Counted from the first letter of the stretch, positions 24,898 to 40,834 are shown. The stretch: 64,000 nucleotides of DNA from Octopus vulgaris (GCA_951406725.2 OX597817.1:65906001-65970000), one strand, 5' to 3'. Notes: a model not told the origin generated them from the letters alone. Numbers and translations are program-made.

Positions 24898-26164
24898 TCA
24901 GGCTGAGTAAAAAGTAAGCAATGTTTTGAAGCATGAAATTCATCAAAATATATGTCAACAATGCGGTAATTTTATTTATCAAAGCAAGTACCATTACAAT
25001 CAACACATTTTTGACAACGAGTTACTAGCTTATTTATTCCGATAATACAAAAATCTGGAGTTTCGGAGCTGATGAACTCTTTGAACGCACTTTCAGCATC
25101 GGTTTGATTTTTGAACTCTTTCTCTCGCAGGAAACCATCAAGATGTAGTCGGTAGGAGAAAGGTCTGGGGAATAAGCTGGGTGAGAAAGAACTTCATAGC
25201 CAAGACCCTTCAACTTCTGGAGTGTCCTTAGTGAAACGTGTGGTCAAGCATTGTCATGAATAATGATTGGATCACTTCTATTGACCAGTCTGGGACGGAG
25301 GAGTAGCAGCTTTCCGTTCATTTTGTCAATTTCAGGGCAATATGTTTCTGCAGTAATGGTCTTTCTGGGTTTTAAGAAGTCAATGGATGAGTCCAGCAGT
25401 ACATCACCAAACATTCACTATAACCTTCATTTTGAAGAGCTCGGGCTTTAGGAAGATTTTCAGTGCTTCATTTTGGTCCAACCACTGCGAAGAACGTATT
25501 TTCATTATTGTACAGAATCCGCTTTTCATCGCAAGTTACAATACGGTCGAGAAATGGATCGGTCTGGTTACGAAGAAGAAGCGACGAGCAAATTTCATAT
25601 CTGCGCATTTTCTGATTTTCCTTCAAATCGTGTGGTACCAATTTGTCGAGCTTTATTGATTTTCCGATCGCATGCACATGGTTGCAGGCAATTCTCTGGC
25701 TAATTTGAAGTTCTTTTGCCAGTTCTCAAATGGTTTTACGTGGATCTTTCTCAATGAAGGTCTTTAATTGACCATCATCGATGACAGGCGTCCACTACGC
25801 TCACGGTCTTCAAGGCTCAGGTCGCCACTGCAAAATGTTTTAAACCATTTTCGAGTTGACCACTCACTGGTCATTTCCTCACTAAACGTTTCGTTGATAT
25901 CGCGAGCAGTTTCAGCTGCTTTACGTCCTATTTTGAAGCAGAATAGTAAAACTGGTCGAATATCGCGCTTTAACAGTTCCATTTCAGATGATTGTAAGAA
26001 CGGGGAAAAAGTATCAATGTTAATTTATTAATGCATTTAGGTAAGACTATGTCTGTATTATCAGACAATAGCAAAAAAAATGTTTAAAAAAATTCAAAAC
26101 TCTACAAAAATCTGGTACAAATTCTTCATGGTTCAAAACGTTGGTTACTTTTTACTCAACCTGA
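24898..26164 (-). mobile_element. Full-length but inactivated mariner element
   Basis: 40-bp TIRs (tcaggYtgagtaaaaagtaa...), TA on both sides; MELLKRDIR..., LVPHDL, IVTCDEK, HDNA, HPAYSPDLSPTDY; frameshifts. Confidence 0.93.
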
Positions 26165-26279
26165 TATATATGTATGTATATATATATACTTTTGAAGAGT
26201 TTTCAATATGTGACCGCGTGTGTATCGTTGGCGATTTTCTTTCTCCGTCTTTCTTTCCTCGGATCTTTCCTTTTTCTAT

Positions 26280-26314
26280 GTTTCTGACGAAGAGCTCCGC
26301 TCGAAACGTTGAAT
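26280..26314 (+). ncRNA. Minimal type I hammerhead ribozyme in a short PLE-type repeat (about 26215-26410)
   Basis: GUUU-CUGACGA-A-GAGC-UCC-GCUC-GAAA-CG-UU^GAAU. Confidence 0.7.
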
Positions 26315-26406
26315 CCTCCTTCTTTATTTCCTTTCCTGAGCGTCCAATAACATTATATTTGTTCCACGTCCTCGCGTTGTTGTGTTTTCTCTTTGTTCGT
26401 TTGGAT

Positions 26407-26457
<51 letters not shown>

Positions 26458-26766
26458 ATGGATGTATGGATGGATGGATGGATGGATGAATGGATGGATG
26501 AATGGATGGATGAATGTCATGATTGCTCCCTAGCTCCAAAAGTTTTATATCCTCTCTTTGTTTATTTCCTCGTGTTCCTTTCTTTTGAAGAGCGTAGGCT
26601 CGAAGCATAAAAGATTTTCTCACCTTCCATGGCGTTAAACTAATACACCTGTTTGTTGTTTATACATCTGTCTTCATCTTTTGTTTTTTCTGCAAATTAC
26701 AACTTTATATATGTGTGGGAGGGTATGCGTGTGTATGTGTGTGTGTGTGTGTGTGTGTATGCGCGA

Positions 26767-26809
<43 letters not shown>

Positions 26810-27525
26810 CATACATGTATATATATATATATACATGTATGTATGTATTTATGTATGTATGTATGTATACATGTAAGTATGTATGCAAGCATGTATGTAT
26901 GGGAGAGAGAGAAAGAGAAAGTGAGAGAAAAACCTATATGTATACGTATATGGGTGTGTTGATATGTATATGTATAATTATGTAAACACACACACACACA
27001 TACATTCACACATACAGACACGTTTACGTTTGTGTGTGACTATTTGCGAAACAATATACACGTATGCGAGCGTGGGTGCGTGTATACATAGTTATTGTGT
27101 ACATTTCTTTACTTAAATATTTGTCAATCACATCTTCACAGAACACATCTCTAGCAATGATTAAAAATGCTGTACGATATTTGCTGCAGCTGCAGCTGTT
27201 ATTGAATAGCTAAAGTATATTTTATGTTTTCTATATGTCTTATATATATGTGTGTGTGTATGTGTGTACTGTAAGAGTGAGTGAGTGAGTGTACACTTGT
27301 GCTTTTGAACGTGTGTGTGCAAGCTTGCGCTACTGTGCATGTGTGTGTGGGGGGGGGGGTCATGTGTGTCGTGTGTCTGGTGTATGTTTTCAGATACGTA
27401 CATACAGAAATGCGCGTTATTTACATACGTCCATTTACACATAATAAAAATACGCGTGTATGTGTATAGCTTGACATACATAAGCATATACATATGTTTG
27501 CATATACATATACATACATAGAATT

Positions 27526-27576
<51 letters not shown>

Positions 27577-27635
27577 GCATTATGTATGTATGTATGTATG
27601 TATGTATGTATGCATACATGAGTGTATATCAGTAT

Positions 27636-27692
<57 letters not shown>

Positions 27693-27842
27693 ATATGTAG
27701 GTATGTAAGGATGTATATGCATGTATATATATACATACGTGTGTGTATATGTATATATATATATATGTGTGCGTGTGTGTGTGTATGTATATATATGTAT
27801 ACATGTGTGCATGTTTGTGTATGTGAGTGCTTGCGTGCATTC

Positions 27843-27887
<45 letters not shown>

Positions 27888-27955
27888 TATATATATATCG
27901 ATTTTGGCTTTGGTTTGCAAGATTCTTTATGTGAGTTCGTGTGTTGAAGCATATT

Positions 27956-28226
27956 CTGTTGTCTCTGGGGAGAGTCATTTTCTTTTTGTGCCTTATAATT
28001 TAACATACACACCGTTACAATTTCTACTTATTCCTTATTATTACTTTCCTAAAATTTTCGTTGCGTCTTGTAACCTTTTCAATCGTCTATTTCAAGACTA
28101 TTGAAAAGGTTGCAAGACGCAACGAAAATTTTAGGAAAATAAAAATAAGGAATAAGTGGAAATTGTAACGGTGAGTGTGTCAAATTATAAGGCACAAAAA
28201 GAAAATGAGTTTCCCCAGACACAACA

Positions 28227-28227
<1 letters not shown>
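27956..28227. repeat. About 270-bp near-perfect palindrome
   Basis: Two arms of about 130 bp in reverse complement around a 6-nt spacer near 28091. Confidence 0.92.
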
Positions 28228-28263
<36 letters not shown>

Positions 28264-28716
28264 TATGACACCATGTTTATATATATATACATCTGAATGA
28301 GGATAACTGGACGTATGAACGTAATGTGTGTTTGCGTGTAAGAATATATGAATGTGTGTGTGAGTGTGTGTTTGCTCGTACACACACATTATTGCAAGTA
28401 GCGAAAACTTGTATCCTGGCCAGCAAAAGCTCTATAAACAGGACTACAGTTAAATATGAATGAATTACTCTCATGTAATGTACACAACTGAATAAAAACA
28501 TCTCAATGCATACCACATTAGAATAACTATTTATTTCTTTGAATGTGTATGCCTGGAGATGTTCAGGTATGATATAATTTTATTCATAAAACGACTCCGG
28601 GCATGTATTTATGTTCATATGTATATGCCTCGAGATATTTTTAATTCATTTAGTCTGCCAAACATTGAATATATCTATACATACTTACAACTACATAAAC
28701 AGACAGACAGACAGAC

Positions 28717-28797
<81 letters not shown>

Positions 28798-28893
28798 CAT
28801 AGATAGATAGATAGATATGTCTGTATATATGTATATATATATGTATATATATATAAGCATATATATATATATATATATATATGATATATGCAG

Positions 28894-29023
<130 letters not shown>

Positions 29024-29103
29024 GTGACAATTATTGTTCTGACCATACCCTCCATATTTCTCTGACTGTATGTATATGTGTATATTGCACACACACACAC
29101 ACA

Positions 29104-29144
<41 letters not shown>

Positions 29145-29416
29145 TCACTCACACACGTATATATATTTATACATGAGAATATATGTGTGTGTAAACAAGA
29201 TGGAGGATAATTGGATTGATATAGAAAAAACTGTTGATCGGCACACAAAACCGAGAGTAATTGAGAGAAAAAAAATGGGAAGGTCTTTGGCTGTTTATAT
29301 TTATTAATTCATACATACATACATACATACATACATACATACATACATACATACATACATGCATACATGACCGTGTATAAATGCGTATGTATATATGTAT
29401 GTGTATATATATATAC

Positions 29417-29580
<164 letters not shown>

Positions 29581-29605
29581 GAATATGAATGTGTCTGCCT
29601 GGATA

Positions 29606-29646
<41 letters not shown>

Positions 29647-29847
29647 GTTTTGTGTGTGTGTGTATGTGTGTGTGCATGTATACATTCATTTACGAATGCA
29701 CATATGCTATATATATATATATATATATATAACACGCACAAGCACACACACACATATAACACATATATAAGCATACATACATTCATACATATAGATACAT
29801 TCATACATACATACATACATACATACATACATACATACATACATACA

Positions 29848-29878
<31 letters not shown>

Positions 29879-30069
29879 GATCGTGTGTAAATGATTGTGT
29901 GTAAATGACTGTGTAAAAGTATGTCTGCTGCATGTGCGCTGATGCATTGGTACATGGTTTTTTCCAATATTTCATTGTTTATTTTTGTTAATCAAATATT
30001 CAGAAAACACATTTCCAGCGATGATTAAAACATCTTATGATATTTCCTGCTGCGGCGGCTGTTGCTGCT

Positions 30070-30121
<52 letters not shown>

Positions 30122-30594
30122 GCATCAGCCTGTGTGCATGTATGTCTACTTACGCTCCAAAAAGTCAAGGGCATTCACATATAGTTTAAATATATCCGTA
30201 CATCCATGCATATATACATATTTACATGTATATACGCGTATGTATCGATTATGTGTACATATAAAATGATATAAGTGTATATGTGTATGTATTCATATAT
30301 ATGTGTGTTTGTGTATGTGTATGTGTGTTGTGTGTGTATGTATGTATGTATCCGTGTGTGTCTTTGTGTGCATAGCTGTGTGCGTGTGATTGACTGACAT
30401 ACATACATGTGGTGGTGTATGCTGGGCTGTGCCCACGAGTATAATTATTAATCGGTGCGTGTATACGGTTTTGCATTGATTTAAACGTATGAATGTGCTC
30501 TTTTTTTTTTTTTTTTTGTCGGTGCGTGTCTAAGTGTTAAAATCTCTCAATACAGCGAAACTCAGGTGTAAATCTCCCAGCTTAAAATCTTATC

Positions 30595-30701
30595 CCACCT
30601 GAGGAGTCTTCTATGCACTTTGAGTTGCATCTGGTATTATTGCATCGTTCTACCCCCACAAGGGAGAGCAATGCATCTTGAAGATGAAACAATTGTTGTG
30701 G
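30595..30701 (+). ncRNA. Type I hammerhead ribozyme with extended helix II
   Basis: CCAC-CUGAGGA-GUCUUC-(68 nt)-GAAGAU-GAAA-CAAUUG-UU^GUGG; palindromic helix III. Confidence 0.75.
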
Positions 30702-30767
30702 TAATATAAATATTTTTGTTGGTACATTCCGTCTTCTCTTTTTAACTTTAATATATATCTATATCAA

Positions 30768-31175
30768 GGCGGCGAGCTGGCAGAAACGTTAGCACGCCGG
30801 GAGAAATGCTTGGCGGTATTTCGTCTGCGTTACGTTGTGAGTTCAAATTCCGCCGAGGTCGACTTTGCCTTTCATCCTTTCGGGGTCGATAAATTAAGTA
30901 CCAGTTGATCACTGGGGTCGATGTAATCGACTTAATACCTATGTCTGTCCTTGTTTGTTCCCTCTGTGTTTAGCCCCTTGTGGGTAATAAAGAAATAAAT
31001 AGGTATTTCGTCTGTTGTTACGTTCTGAGTTCAAATTACGCCGAGGTCGACTTTACCTTTCATCCTTTCGGGGTCAATAAAATAAGTACCAGTTACGCAC
31101 TGGGGTCGATGCAATCGACTTAATCCCTATGTTTGTCCCCTCTGTGTTTAGCCCCTTGGGGGCAATAAAGAAATA
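30768..31175 (+). mobile_element. Dimeric octopus-type SINE with TSD
   Basis: Full unit followed by a 5'-truncated unit starting ggtatttcgtc; aatatatatctata at 30750 and 31176. Confidence 0.9.
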
Positions 31176-31279
31176 AATATATATCTATACACACACACAC
31201 ACACACACACTGATGCACGTACATACATACATGCACATACACACACACACACACACTCTTGGCTTGAACACATATGCGC

Positions 31280-31408
<129 letters not shown>

Positions 31409-31867
31409 CACATATAGTACCGTTTTTATTTCAGTGTCTACACTCAATGTCTCATCCCTCATTAATATGGAATTTACAGAAATATTTGTTGCTCACTTAT
31501 CGTACAAATTATCTCGATAAGTGAATTCATGATGTATTATACGAAGTATATATGAGTGTGTTGTTACTTAAATGTATGACGCTGTGAATTTTATTCCGTA
31601 TTGATAAGTATTACATAGTTTTTCATTGCCGAGTACATAACACCTGTGAACGTGTATGTATGTATGTATGTATGTATGTATGTATGTATGTATGTATGTA
31701 CGTATGTATGTGCTATCGAGAAACATTTGTGTCGTTTATTAAATATATATTTATATGTGTGTGTTTGTGTATTATATATATATACACACACACACACATA
31801 CACATATATATATACGCATATATATACACATATATATACATATATCCATATATATACATATATATAC

Positions 31868-31918
<51 letters not shown>

Positions 31919-31998
31919 CACACACATACATATATACATATATATATACATACATACATACATACATACATACATACATACATACATACATACATACA

Positions 31999-32030
<32 letters not shown>

Positions 32031-32299
32031 AAATTAATAACGACAAAAGCAGTAATCAAAAGGTAATATTTATCTCCCACTTAAAGTGGATGTTATGTTA
32101 GAACACAGAATACTGTGATATTTACCATGAGAAAACTTTTAAGCACTCGTGTTTACATCGCTGGCGGAGAGAGAACCGCCCGCTGCAACTGCCAGAATTC
32201 TCAGATCACGAGATTTCGGCCTTACTCTCGTCATAGAAGAAAAAAGTTTTTTCTCCTTTCACGCATAATACAGCAACTAGCATATTTAGCGTCTGAACC

Positions 32300-34830
32300 T
32301 GTTTGGTGGTATTGGGAATATATAGGCAAATATTCGTTCGCAATCGACGAAGAGAAGACCCAAAAAGCGTGTAGCTTTCATTTCCAACCCATTTAGTTTT
32401 ACTAAGAAGGCGCTTGGTGACAAACGAAGCGGGAACCTCAATTGCTCAGCAGAAGTAAATAGTTTTTATCACAACACTCAAAGTGACCCTGCAAAAGAGC
32501 ATGAGCTCGGCTTAAGCAAAATCCTTATAAGCCAAGTACCCTCAGCAAATGAGTTTGATATGAGCGAGTAAAACTTGAGGAGCGTTCAGGAAGTTGCTAA
32601 GTTAGCAAGGTAAATCTCTACTCTAGAGGCCGGTGAAGTACCGTACAATGCCTACAAACGTTGTTTCAGACTCTTCTTATAGCTGTGGAAGATGCTAAAA
32701 CTTATATCGCAGAGGAGGATTACCAACCAGTAGGGGTATGCTGAGGATGTTTGGAACCCTAAGATGTAGAATTCGAAGAGAATCACTCAATTCAGGACCA
32801 TCTCACTACTCAGCATTAAAGGAAATGTATTCTTCAGTATCTTGTCCCGTCAAAGTTTTTCCGAGATAACAAGTATATTTATACATTGACACAGAAAGGT
32901 TGGTTTACTGTGAGCATATGGCTCAGTCTCTCAACTCTTAAGAAAAGCGAAGAATAGCGAAGAAGATTTAGCGGTTCTGTGGCTGGACATCACAAATGTC
33001 TAAGGGTCTGTGTCACACAAGCTTGAAGATGATAGCACTTCAAAGACACCACGTCCCAAGAAAGATCAACGACCTCATGCTGGATTATCATCATCAAAAT
33101 GGCACACTATTTTAGCAACCCTTTTCGCCCTTACCATGAACATCATGATCAAGTCAGGTAAAGTACCAAGGGCCCCACACAAAATCCAGCATGCAACAAT
33201 CCTCAATAAGAATCTTTGTGAATGACCTTACAACAGCAACAGTTGCTGGTGGCAGGCGGATCCTTCAAGAATTCTAAAAACTCATCTCACAGCCAAGGAT
33301 GAATTTCAAACCATCAAAGTCAAGGCTAAGTAATGAAAAAGGTTCTAACACTACCATCTCAAATTTGATAGAACAGCCAGTCAAGATCCGGAGGAGGGAC
33401 TCTTTGACAGCAGCCTGAAAGGTGCAGCTACCATCCGCAGAACCAGCAGTTCCTTGGGAACTGGCTTATGAACTTTGACAAATCTGAATTTCACGGTTGT
33501 TTCAAAGCTTGTGCATACTACGACGCCATCCTGCTCGGGGTTTTGTGTTCCCTGTCATTATACGATGTCAGTATGTCAACTGAGGAAACTATGGAAAAGA
33601 AGATCGACTGTTCTTTGAGCAGGCAACTTGGCTTACCTAGGATCCTAAGCAGTATCGTTCTGTATGGACCAACCAACACCTTATGACTCCTCTTTTGCGG
33701 CCTCTCAAAAGAGTTTATAATATCACGAACAAGAGAAGCCATGAAGTACAGAGATTCCTGGGACACAAAAGTAGCAGAAGCTGGCATTGAAGTTTACACA
33801 AGTAAGAAGTGGAGTGCTGCCATGAGAGTTGTGGGTAGCGGCGGAACGGTTGGGACTGTAATGATAAAGCATTCAGGCTTGGGCTAATTTCCAAACCATC
33901 AGACTGGTAATGCTAAAGAAAAGATCGATAGCATCTCCTCCAAGAAGAAGGCCGCGCAGGCATAGAGAAAGCACAAGCTAATAGGATGGAGGAATTCGGC
34001 CAACAAGGAAGTTTGGTGGGGTCGACATTCTGCAGCGGAGTATCATTTGGTCAGATTTCTGGCAGACCTCGGCGCATCGGATTTCTAATCCAGGCTGACT
34101 ACGATACTTTACCAAGTCCGATAAACCTTTACATGAGTAAACAACCCTCCTGTGTTTTGTATTCCGAAAGAGGGTCCCTTCAATATAACCTTAACAGCTA
34201 TCCCAGAGCATTAGTCGATGGCCGCTAAAGCTGGTGACGTGATCAGGAACTGAAGTTGGTTGCAGAGGTTATAACCACTCAGAAAAGAAGTTCTTCACTT
34301 TCCTCAAAGCTGGAGAGAAACCGACTTCACTAAAACATAACGACTATGCCTTCTTTCCACATTACCAGACTGGCAGCAGACAGTGGATCTCATTGAACAA
34401 AAGTTCTAAGACCACACTGTACAAACAATGCTCAGCCTTGACATAGTGATCTTCTTAAAATCCATCAAACTGGTGACCATGTGAAAACTGACACTGTTCG
34501 AGGAATAACATATAGAGGAAGCTCATGAGGCGCTGGTAGAGCAGTGCAGAAACCAGAACTAGCAGGTACGTTGTGAGGCAATTGAGACAGGCAGCCGGGG
34601 TTCTGTGATGTGTTCACTCTGCAAGGCTCTAACTGTGAATAGAGTTAATGGTACAGTAAAGAGGAGGGTCATTATTTCCATCATTGAAGCTGCAAGGAAG
34701 ACCACTTTCTTTATCTATGGATAAAGAGAGCCGATCGTAAAATGCCAACTGTAATTTGATCAAAAGAGTCTGATGTTGAAAATATTCCCTAAGACTCCAG
34801 AAGCATTGCTGACGATACATCTCAGTGCAT
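32300..34830 (+). mobile_element. Degenerate Hero-like (R2-superfamily, REL) non-LTR retrotransposon
   Basis: FRTISLLS, DLAVLWLDITN.*GSVSHKL, LFALTMNIM, FVNDLT (FMDD), RMNFKPSKSR, IGFLIQADYDTLPSPINL, decayed CCHC and REL segments. Confidence 0.8.
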
Positions 34831-34851
34831 CCGTGAAATGTATCTTGGAAC

Positions 34852-34952
<101 letters not shown>

Positions 34953-34965
34953 TGATTGATTGATT

Positions 34966-35035
<70 letters not shown>

Positions 35036-35038
35036 GAT

Positions 35039-35091
<53 letters not shown>

Positions 35092-35092
35092 C

Positions 35093-35126
<34 letters not shown>

Positions 35127-35142
35127 TGACAGACAGACAGAC

Positions 35143-35282
<140 letters not shown>

Positions 35283-35545
35283 GTGTGTTAGTGCATGTGC
35301 CTGTATCTATATTCAAAATATGATTTTTTATCAGGTTTTAAAATAATCCTCAATATTTGAAGACATTGTGGGGTCAGGCATTGCTGTATCGTTCGTGTTT
35401 TTCCCAAGGAACCACAACAACGAAGTAAAGTAACTAGAATCAAATAAGAATTGAAAACACGTCGCTTTCTCTGCTTACTTTCAGCTGTCTTCTTGCTTTA
35501 CACATTCACTCTCTCATATATATATATAAGATGTAAGATCTCTCC

Positions 35546-35622
<77 letters not shown>

Positions 35623-35953
35623 ACACACACACACCTAAGATATATCAAACGTAAAAATTATACATTGGCATGGATTAAAAAATATTTTGCTGTAAAAAAT
35701 TTCCGACCATAAAAATGTTTCGTATAAAAAGCAAATATTTCTGGGCGTGAGCATATAGACTACGAATGCGCGCTATTGTTCTGTGTACGTGTGTAGAGCT
35801 ATAAACATGCATATAACAATATATGCTTAGTTTCCAGTAGTGTAGAGAACGAATACTACACACAAACAAACGCGCATACATGCATATATATATATACACA
35901 CACACATAGACATTTGTTTATATGCATTTATGTATACATACTCATATATGCAC

Positions 35954-35991
<38 letters not shown>

Positions 35992-36317
35992 AACATATGC
36001 ATACACATAGATATACTATATATATACAGATATATATGAATATATATATACATATTTATATGCATATATATATATGCATATATGCATATATACATACATT
36101 TATTCTTCTATGTACATATATACGCGCGTGCGTGCGTGCGTATGCGTATGTGCACGTATGCATGTGTGTGCGCATGCCTGTATGTGCGCGTGCATGTATG
36201 TGCGCGTGCATGTATGTGTGCGTGCATGTATGTGCGCGTGCATGTATGTGCGCGTGCATGTATGTGCGCGTGCATATATGCGCACACGCTTGTGTGTGTA
36301 TGTGTGCGAGTGTGTGC

Positions 36318-36366
<49 letters not shown>

Positions 36367-37076
36367 GAAAGTAACAATTTTCTGTTCAAATGTAGAGTTG
36401 CGTATATGATTAAATTCTAAAACAATTAGACACATTGAAGTTTCAAAAGAATTTTATTTTCATAAATTTCTTTGGGAAAACTACTAATTAATAATTAAGA
36501 ATATTACGCTATTTATTATATTGATTATTTTAGACTGAAAATAATATTTTACATGGAATTTTTGCGTGGGAAATAGTCAGATGGGTAAATGCCTGAAACA
36601 TCTGAGAATGCGGTTATTAAAATGTTGAATTTACGTCTAACCACATTTAACTTTAATAATATTGATAACATTCAGAAGTTTGGTGTTAAATTTTGGCACA
36701 AAACAAACTTTTCAGTAGGGATATATATATATATATATATAAATTATTCATTGAACTATAATGGAAGTGACTGTGTATTTCACATACATTTGTACCTTAA
36801 ACTTAACCATCGAGCACAATCGGCGTATCAAAGGGCTTCTTAAGATTGGGCCTTTGAATTACAGTTATTGCCATCCGACCGTCTTCCACGGTTTCCGTCA
36901 ACCCATTTTCACTCACAAGGCTCTGATCAATCATAGGCTATCCAATATACCGTGTGATGAGACAGAACCCCAAACCTTCCGATTGGGAATCGAACTTCTT
37001 CACTCGATCATGTTCATGTCCTCATACATACATACAAACATACATACATACATACATACATACATACATACATACA

Positions 37077-37107
<31 letters not shown>

Positions 37108-38064
37108 CAACTTAATTTGGGCATGAACCTTGCAGTCTACTTTATAAAGCTTCTCTACGGGTATTGGCTACCAGGTGCAGTATCATAATGAAAACCGATC
37201 GTAATGGTGAATATACATCTGGAAATTTATGAATATATGTAGAGTAAACAAAAAAGTTAGCGAAGATTTAGCATTCAAACCTAAGGAGTTTTCATTTGCG
37301 AATGTTGCTGAAACAAATTGATGCAATGTAATATTTCGGCTATTATCTGCCGGAAAAAATTAAGATGAACATACATACATACATACATACATACATACAT
37401 ACATACATACATACATACATACATACATACATACATACATACATACATACATACATACATACGCGCGCGCGCATTCAAATAAAATTACCATCGAGATTAT
37501 TAGCAAAGCTTGATACCCTAACATTCTCACTGGTAACTAATCTGTTTTCTATCCTCACTCCATGTCTCTTTCACCATTATCCGTGTACCATTCAATACAC
37601 CACAGCCTCCCCTCTCTAATCGCCTGCACCAAACACGCCAAACTTTCTCCATGTGCATCATCCTACAGAAGTTTGAATTAAACATAACAGTATCAGCCTC
37701 ACCAGTTTGAGAAAACCAATAAAATTTATGGACACCACACCGAACTTGCGAGATTATTTAATTACAAAATATACATGTTCATTTTCTAAACTGAACAATA
37801 GCAAGAACTAATATCCAGGGGCCTGTTTCAGAGAAAGAAATTCTCTTATTCTTAGTTTCGTTTCAAAATTAAATACATTGCATTGTTATCATTTTTAACC
37901 AAGTCAATATGTCTAATATTTTAGAAGTGGTAAATGTGAAGCTGTGACATTTATGTCTTTCCTAAAACTAGTAAAGTAAATTTCATTCAAATGGTAATCG
38001 AAACTGAGTGCTTGTCGCTTGTTCTTGAACTTTAGATTTAAGTTCTATCGCTCGATTAAGACTA

Positions 38065-38400
38065 TCACTATTGTTATCTTCCTCTTACGCTGATTGCTTC
38101 TTTTGATGTCTTCCGTTTATGGTGAATGTCTCTCTTGATACATTCCATTCATGCTATTTCTCTTATCTTCCTTTCATACTGTCTCTCTTGATAAGTTTCC
38201 TTCACATTGAGTGTTTCTTTCGTAATATTTTCCTCTCATGTTGACTGTCTATCTTTCCCCAATGACTAGTTGTGACTATATTGATATTCTCCCCCTCATG
38301 ACTGTCTCTCGAGGGAGAGTATCCCAACATACTGATTAATCTTCATTGATATCTTCCTCTCGTGTATACAATCTCTTGATATCTTCTCACTGTCGATATT
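38065..38400. repeat. Decayed minisatellite, unit about 30 bp
   Basis: Recurring actgtctctcttgatatcttcc-like motif. Confidence 0.5.
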
Positions 38401-38580
38401 GCTAGACCCAATCCAATCAGCACTCACGAATCCAGATACCCATTCTTCGATCGATTACATCGATCCCAGTGTTCAACTTATGACCCTGGTGGTGTGAAAG
38501 GTAAAGTTGATCCCGATGGAATTTGAACCCAGAACGTAATGAATCGGAAGAAATGCCGCTAGACATTTTGTCAGTTGGCC

Positions 38581-38646
<66 letters not shown>

Positions 38647-38801
38647 GTATTTTAATTTAACTTTAAAAAAAAAAAAAAAAATGAACGAACTACTGAGTTT
38701 GGTTTAATGGCCTACCAATGTATACTATGAGTTTCTTTGCCCTAGGAGTCGGGAAGACACTCGGTAAGAAATGGAAGCAAATTTGAAAGAAGAAAAAAAA
38801 A

Positions 38802-38948
<147 letters not shown>

Positions 38949-38967
38949 TTAATAATAATAATAATAA

Positions 38968-39360
38968 TGAGCAAGTATAAAGATCTTGAAATAGAAATTG
39001 GCAAAGTGTGGAACCTCAAGACTAAAACAATACCTGTTGTCATAGGTGCCCAAGGAATGATAGCAAAAGGGCTGAGTCCTACCTAGCTCAGATTCCAGGA
39101 AACACCAAAATTACAGAAATTCAAAAAATAGTGCTCATGGGAACTGCCCATATCCTACGTAAAATACTGTCTATGTAATCTCAAATCTTAAAACAAACTC
39201 ATAATTTTCTTATGGTTTCTTAAACACTCCCATAGAACAATACCAAGGGCAAAACCAAATATATGACACCCTAGGCATAACACCAACATGAACTTCTAAC
39301 TTGTTGTCTCTGGGTGAGACTTGGAGCCAATTGTACAAATACAAAGCAAAAATCAAACAT
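38968..39360 (+). mobile_element. R4/Dong-like LINE 3' end inserted in (TAA)n
   Basis: SKYKDLEIEIGKVWNLKTKTIPVVIGAQG...EIQKIVLMGTAHILRKILSM*; TAA repeats on both flanks. Confidence 0.88.
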
Positions 39361-39382
39361 ATAATAATAATAATAATAATAA

Positions 39383-39413
<31 letters not shown>

Positions 39414-39434
39414 AAGGATGATGATGATGATGAT

Positions 39435-39830
39435 CCTTTCTACTATAGGCACAAGGCCTGAAATTTTAAGACGAGGGATAGTCGATTACATCGACCCCAG
39501 TGTTTCACTGCTACTTAATTTATCGACCCTGAAAGGATGAAAGGCAAAGTCGACCTCGGCGGAATTTGAACTCAGAACGTAGCGGCAGACGAAATACCTA
39601 TTTCTTTACTACCCACAAGGGGCTAAACATAGAGTGGACAAACAAGGACAGACAAACGGATTAAGTCGATTACATCGACTCCCAGTGCGTAACTGATACT
39701 TAATTTATCGACCCCGAAAGGATGAAAGGCAAAGTCGACCTCGGCGGAATTCGAACCCACAACGTAACGGCAGATGAAATACCGCAAAGCATTTCGTCTG
39801 GCGCGCTAACGATTCTGCCAGCTCACCACC
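39435..39830 (-). mobile_element. Dimeric octopus-type SINE
   Basis: Same architecture and junction as 21581-21976; other partial copies at about 38452-38580, 47410-47527, 48755-48965 and 59125-59287. Confidence 0.88.
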
Positions 39831-40588
39831 TTAGTAACAGTAATTATAATGACAACGACGACGGTGGCAACGATAGTGGTGATGTTTATATTTTTCTTAA
39901 TTAGCTTATTACTCAGTCTTGTATCCTGAAAAACAGGCGTATGGCTTTTTTTTCTTCTCTCTGTTTCTATGTATCGATGACATCAGAGAGATGACAAAAT
40001 ATTCGTTTCTTATACAATAAAAAGAACAAAAAACGAATAGCGAGACGTTGCTGGATATGCATACAAATGATGAAGACTAAAGAATTTTCCTTGTGAAGAA
40101 AAAAAATACTTACAACAGTTGCTATCAAACTTGTATTGTTATTTTCTATTAAAGTATCTCTATCTCACTGGCGCTCATTCTTTCCCCTCTCCACCTACCC
40201 ACCTCTCTCTCTCTCTCTCTCTCTTAATTAGTATATCTATCTGTATTCCTCTTTATTTCCTCCTTTCTTTGTCTCTATTTCTTAGGTAAACTGTTGATGA
40301 TGTTTACAGAAGCGACTGTGTTATTTGTCAGTCAAGTTGTACTCAGTGCCATCTTAAGGTAGGTGCTTGAGTGCTGGCAGCAGCACTCGGTGCCAGGAAG
40401 CTCATGGGTTTCGTGAATTCCTTATAGTGAAGCCGTATTGGAACACAGTTTAACATGGTGAGCTGGAAGACCACTTCTACGGTAATGTACCCGGGTCAGT
40501 GAGCACCTTAAAGATGGAGTTGGTTGTACCAGTTTACAAATGACACTCATCTTAAGTCTTTGAATTGTTTTAAATCTAATATGTGAAA

Positions 40589-40716
<128 letters not shown>

Positions 40717-40746
40717 ACAGACATACAGACAGACAGACAGACAGGA

Positions 40747-40781
<35 letters not shown>

Positions 40782-40834
40782 GGTACATATACATGGATGC
40801 ATAGATGGATGAATTTAGAGTTTATTAGAGTTTA

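Noticed and set aside
40318-40548. Possible old MITE with imperfect inverted ends and an internal 8-bp hairpin
   Set aside because: Inverted match too degenerate and no TSD; not callable by eye.
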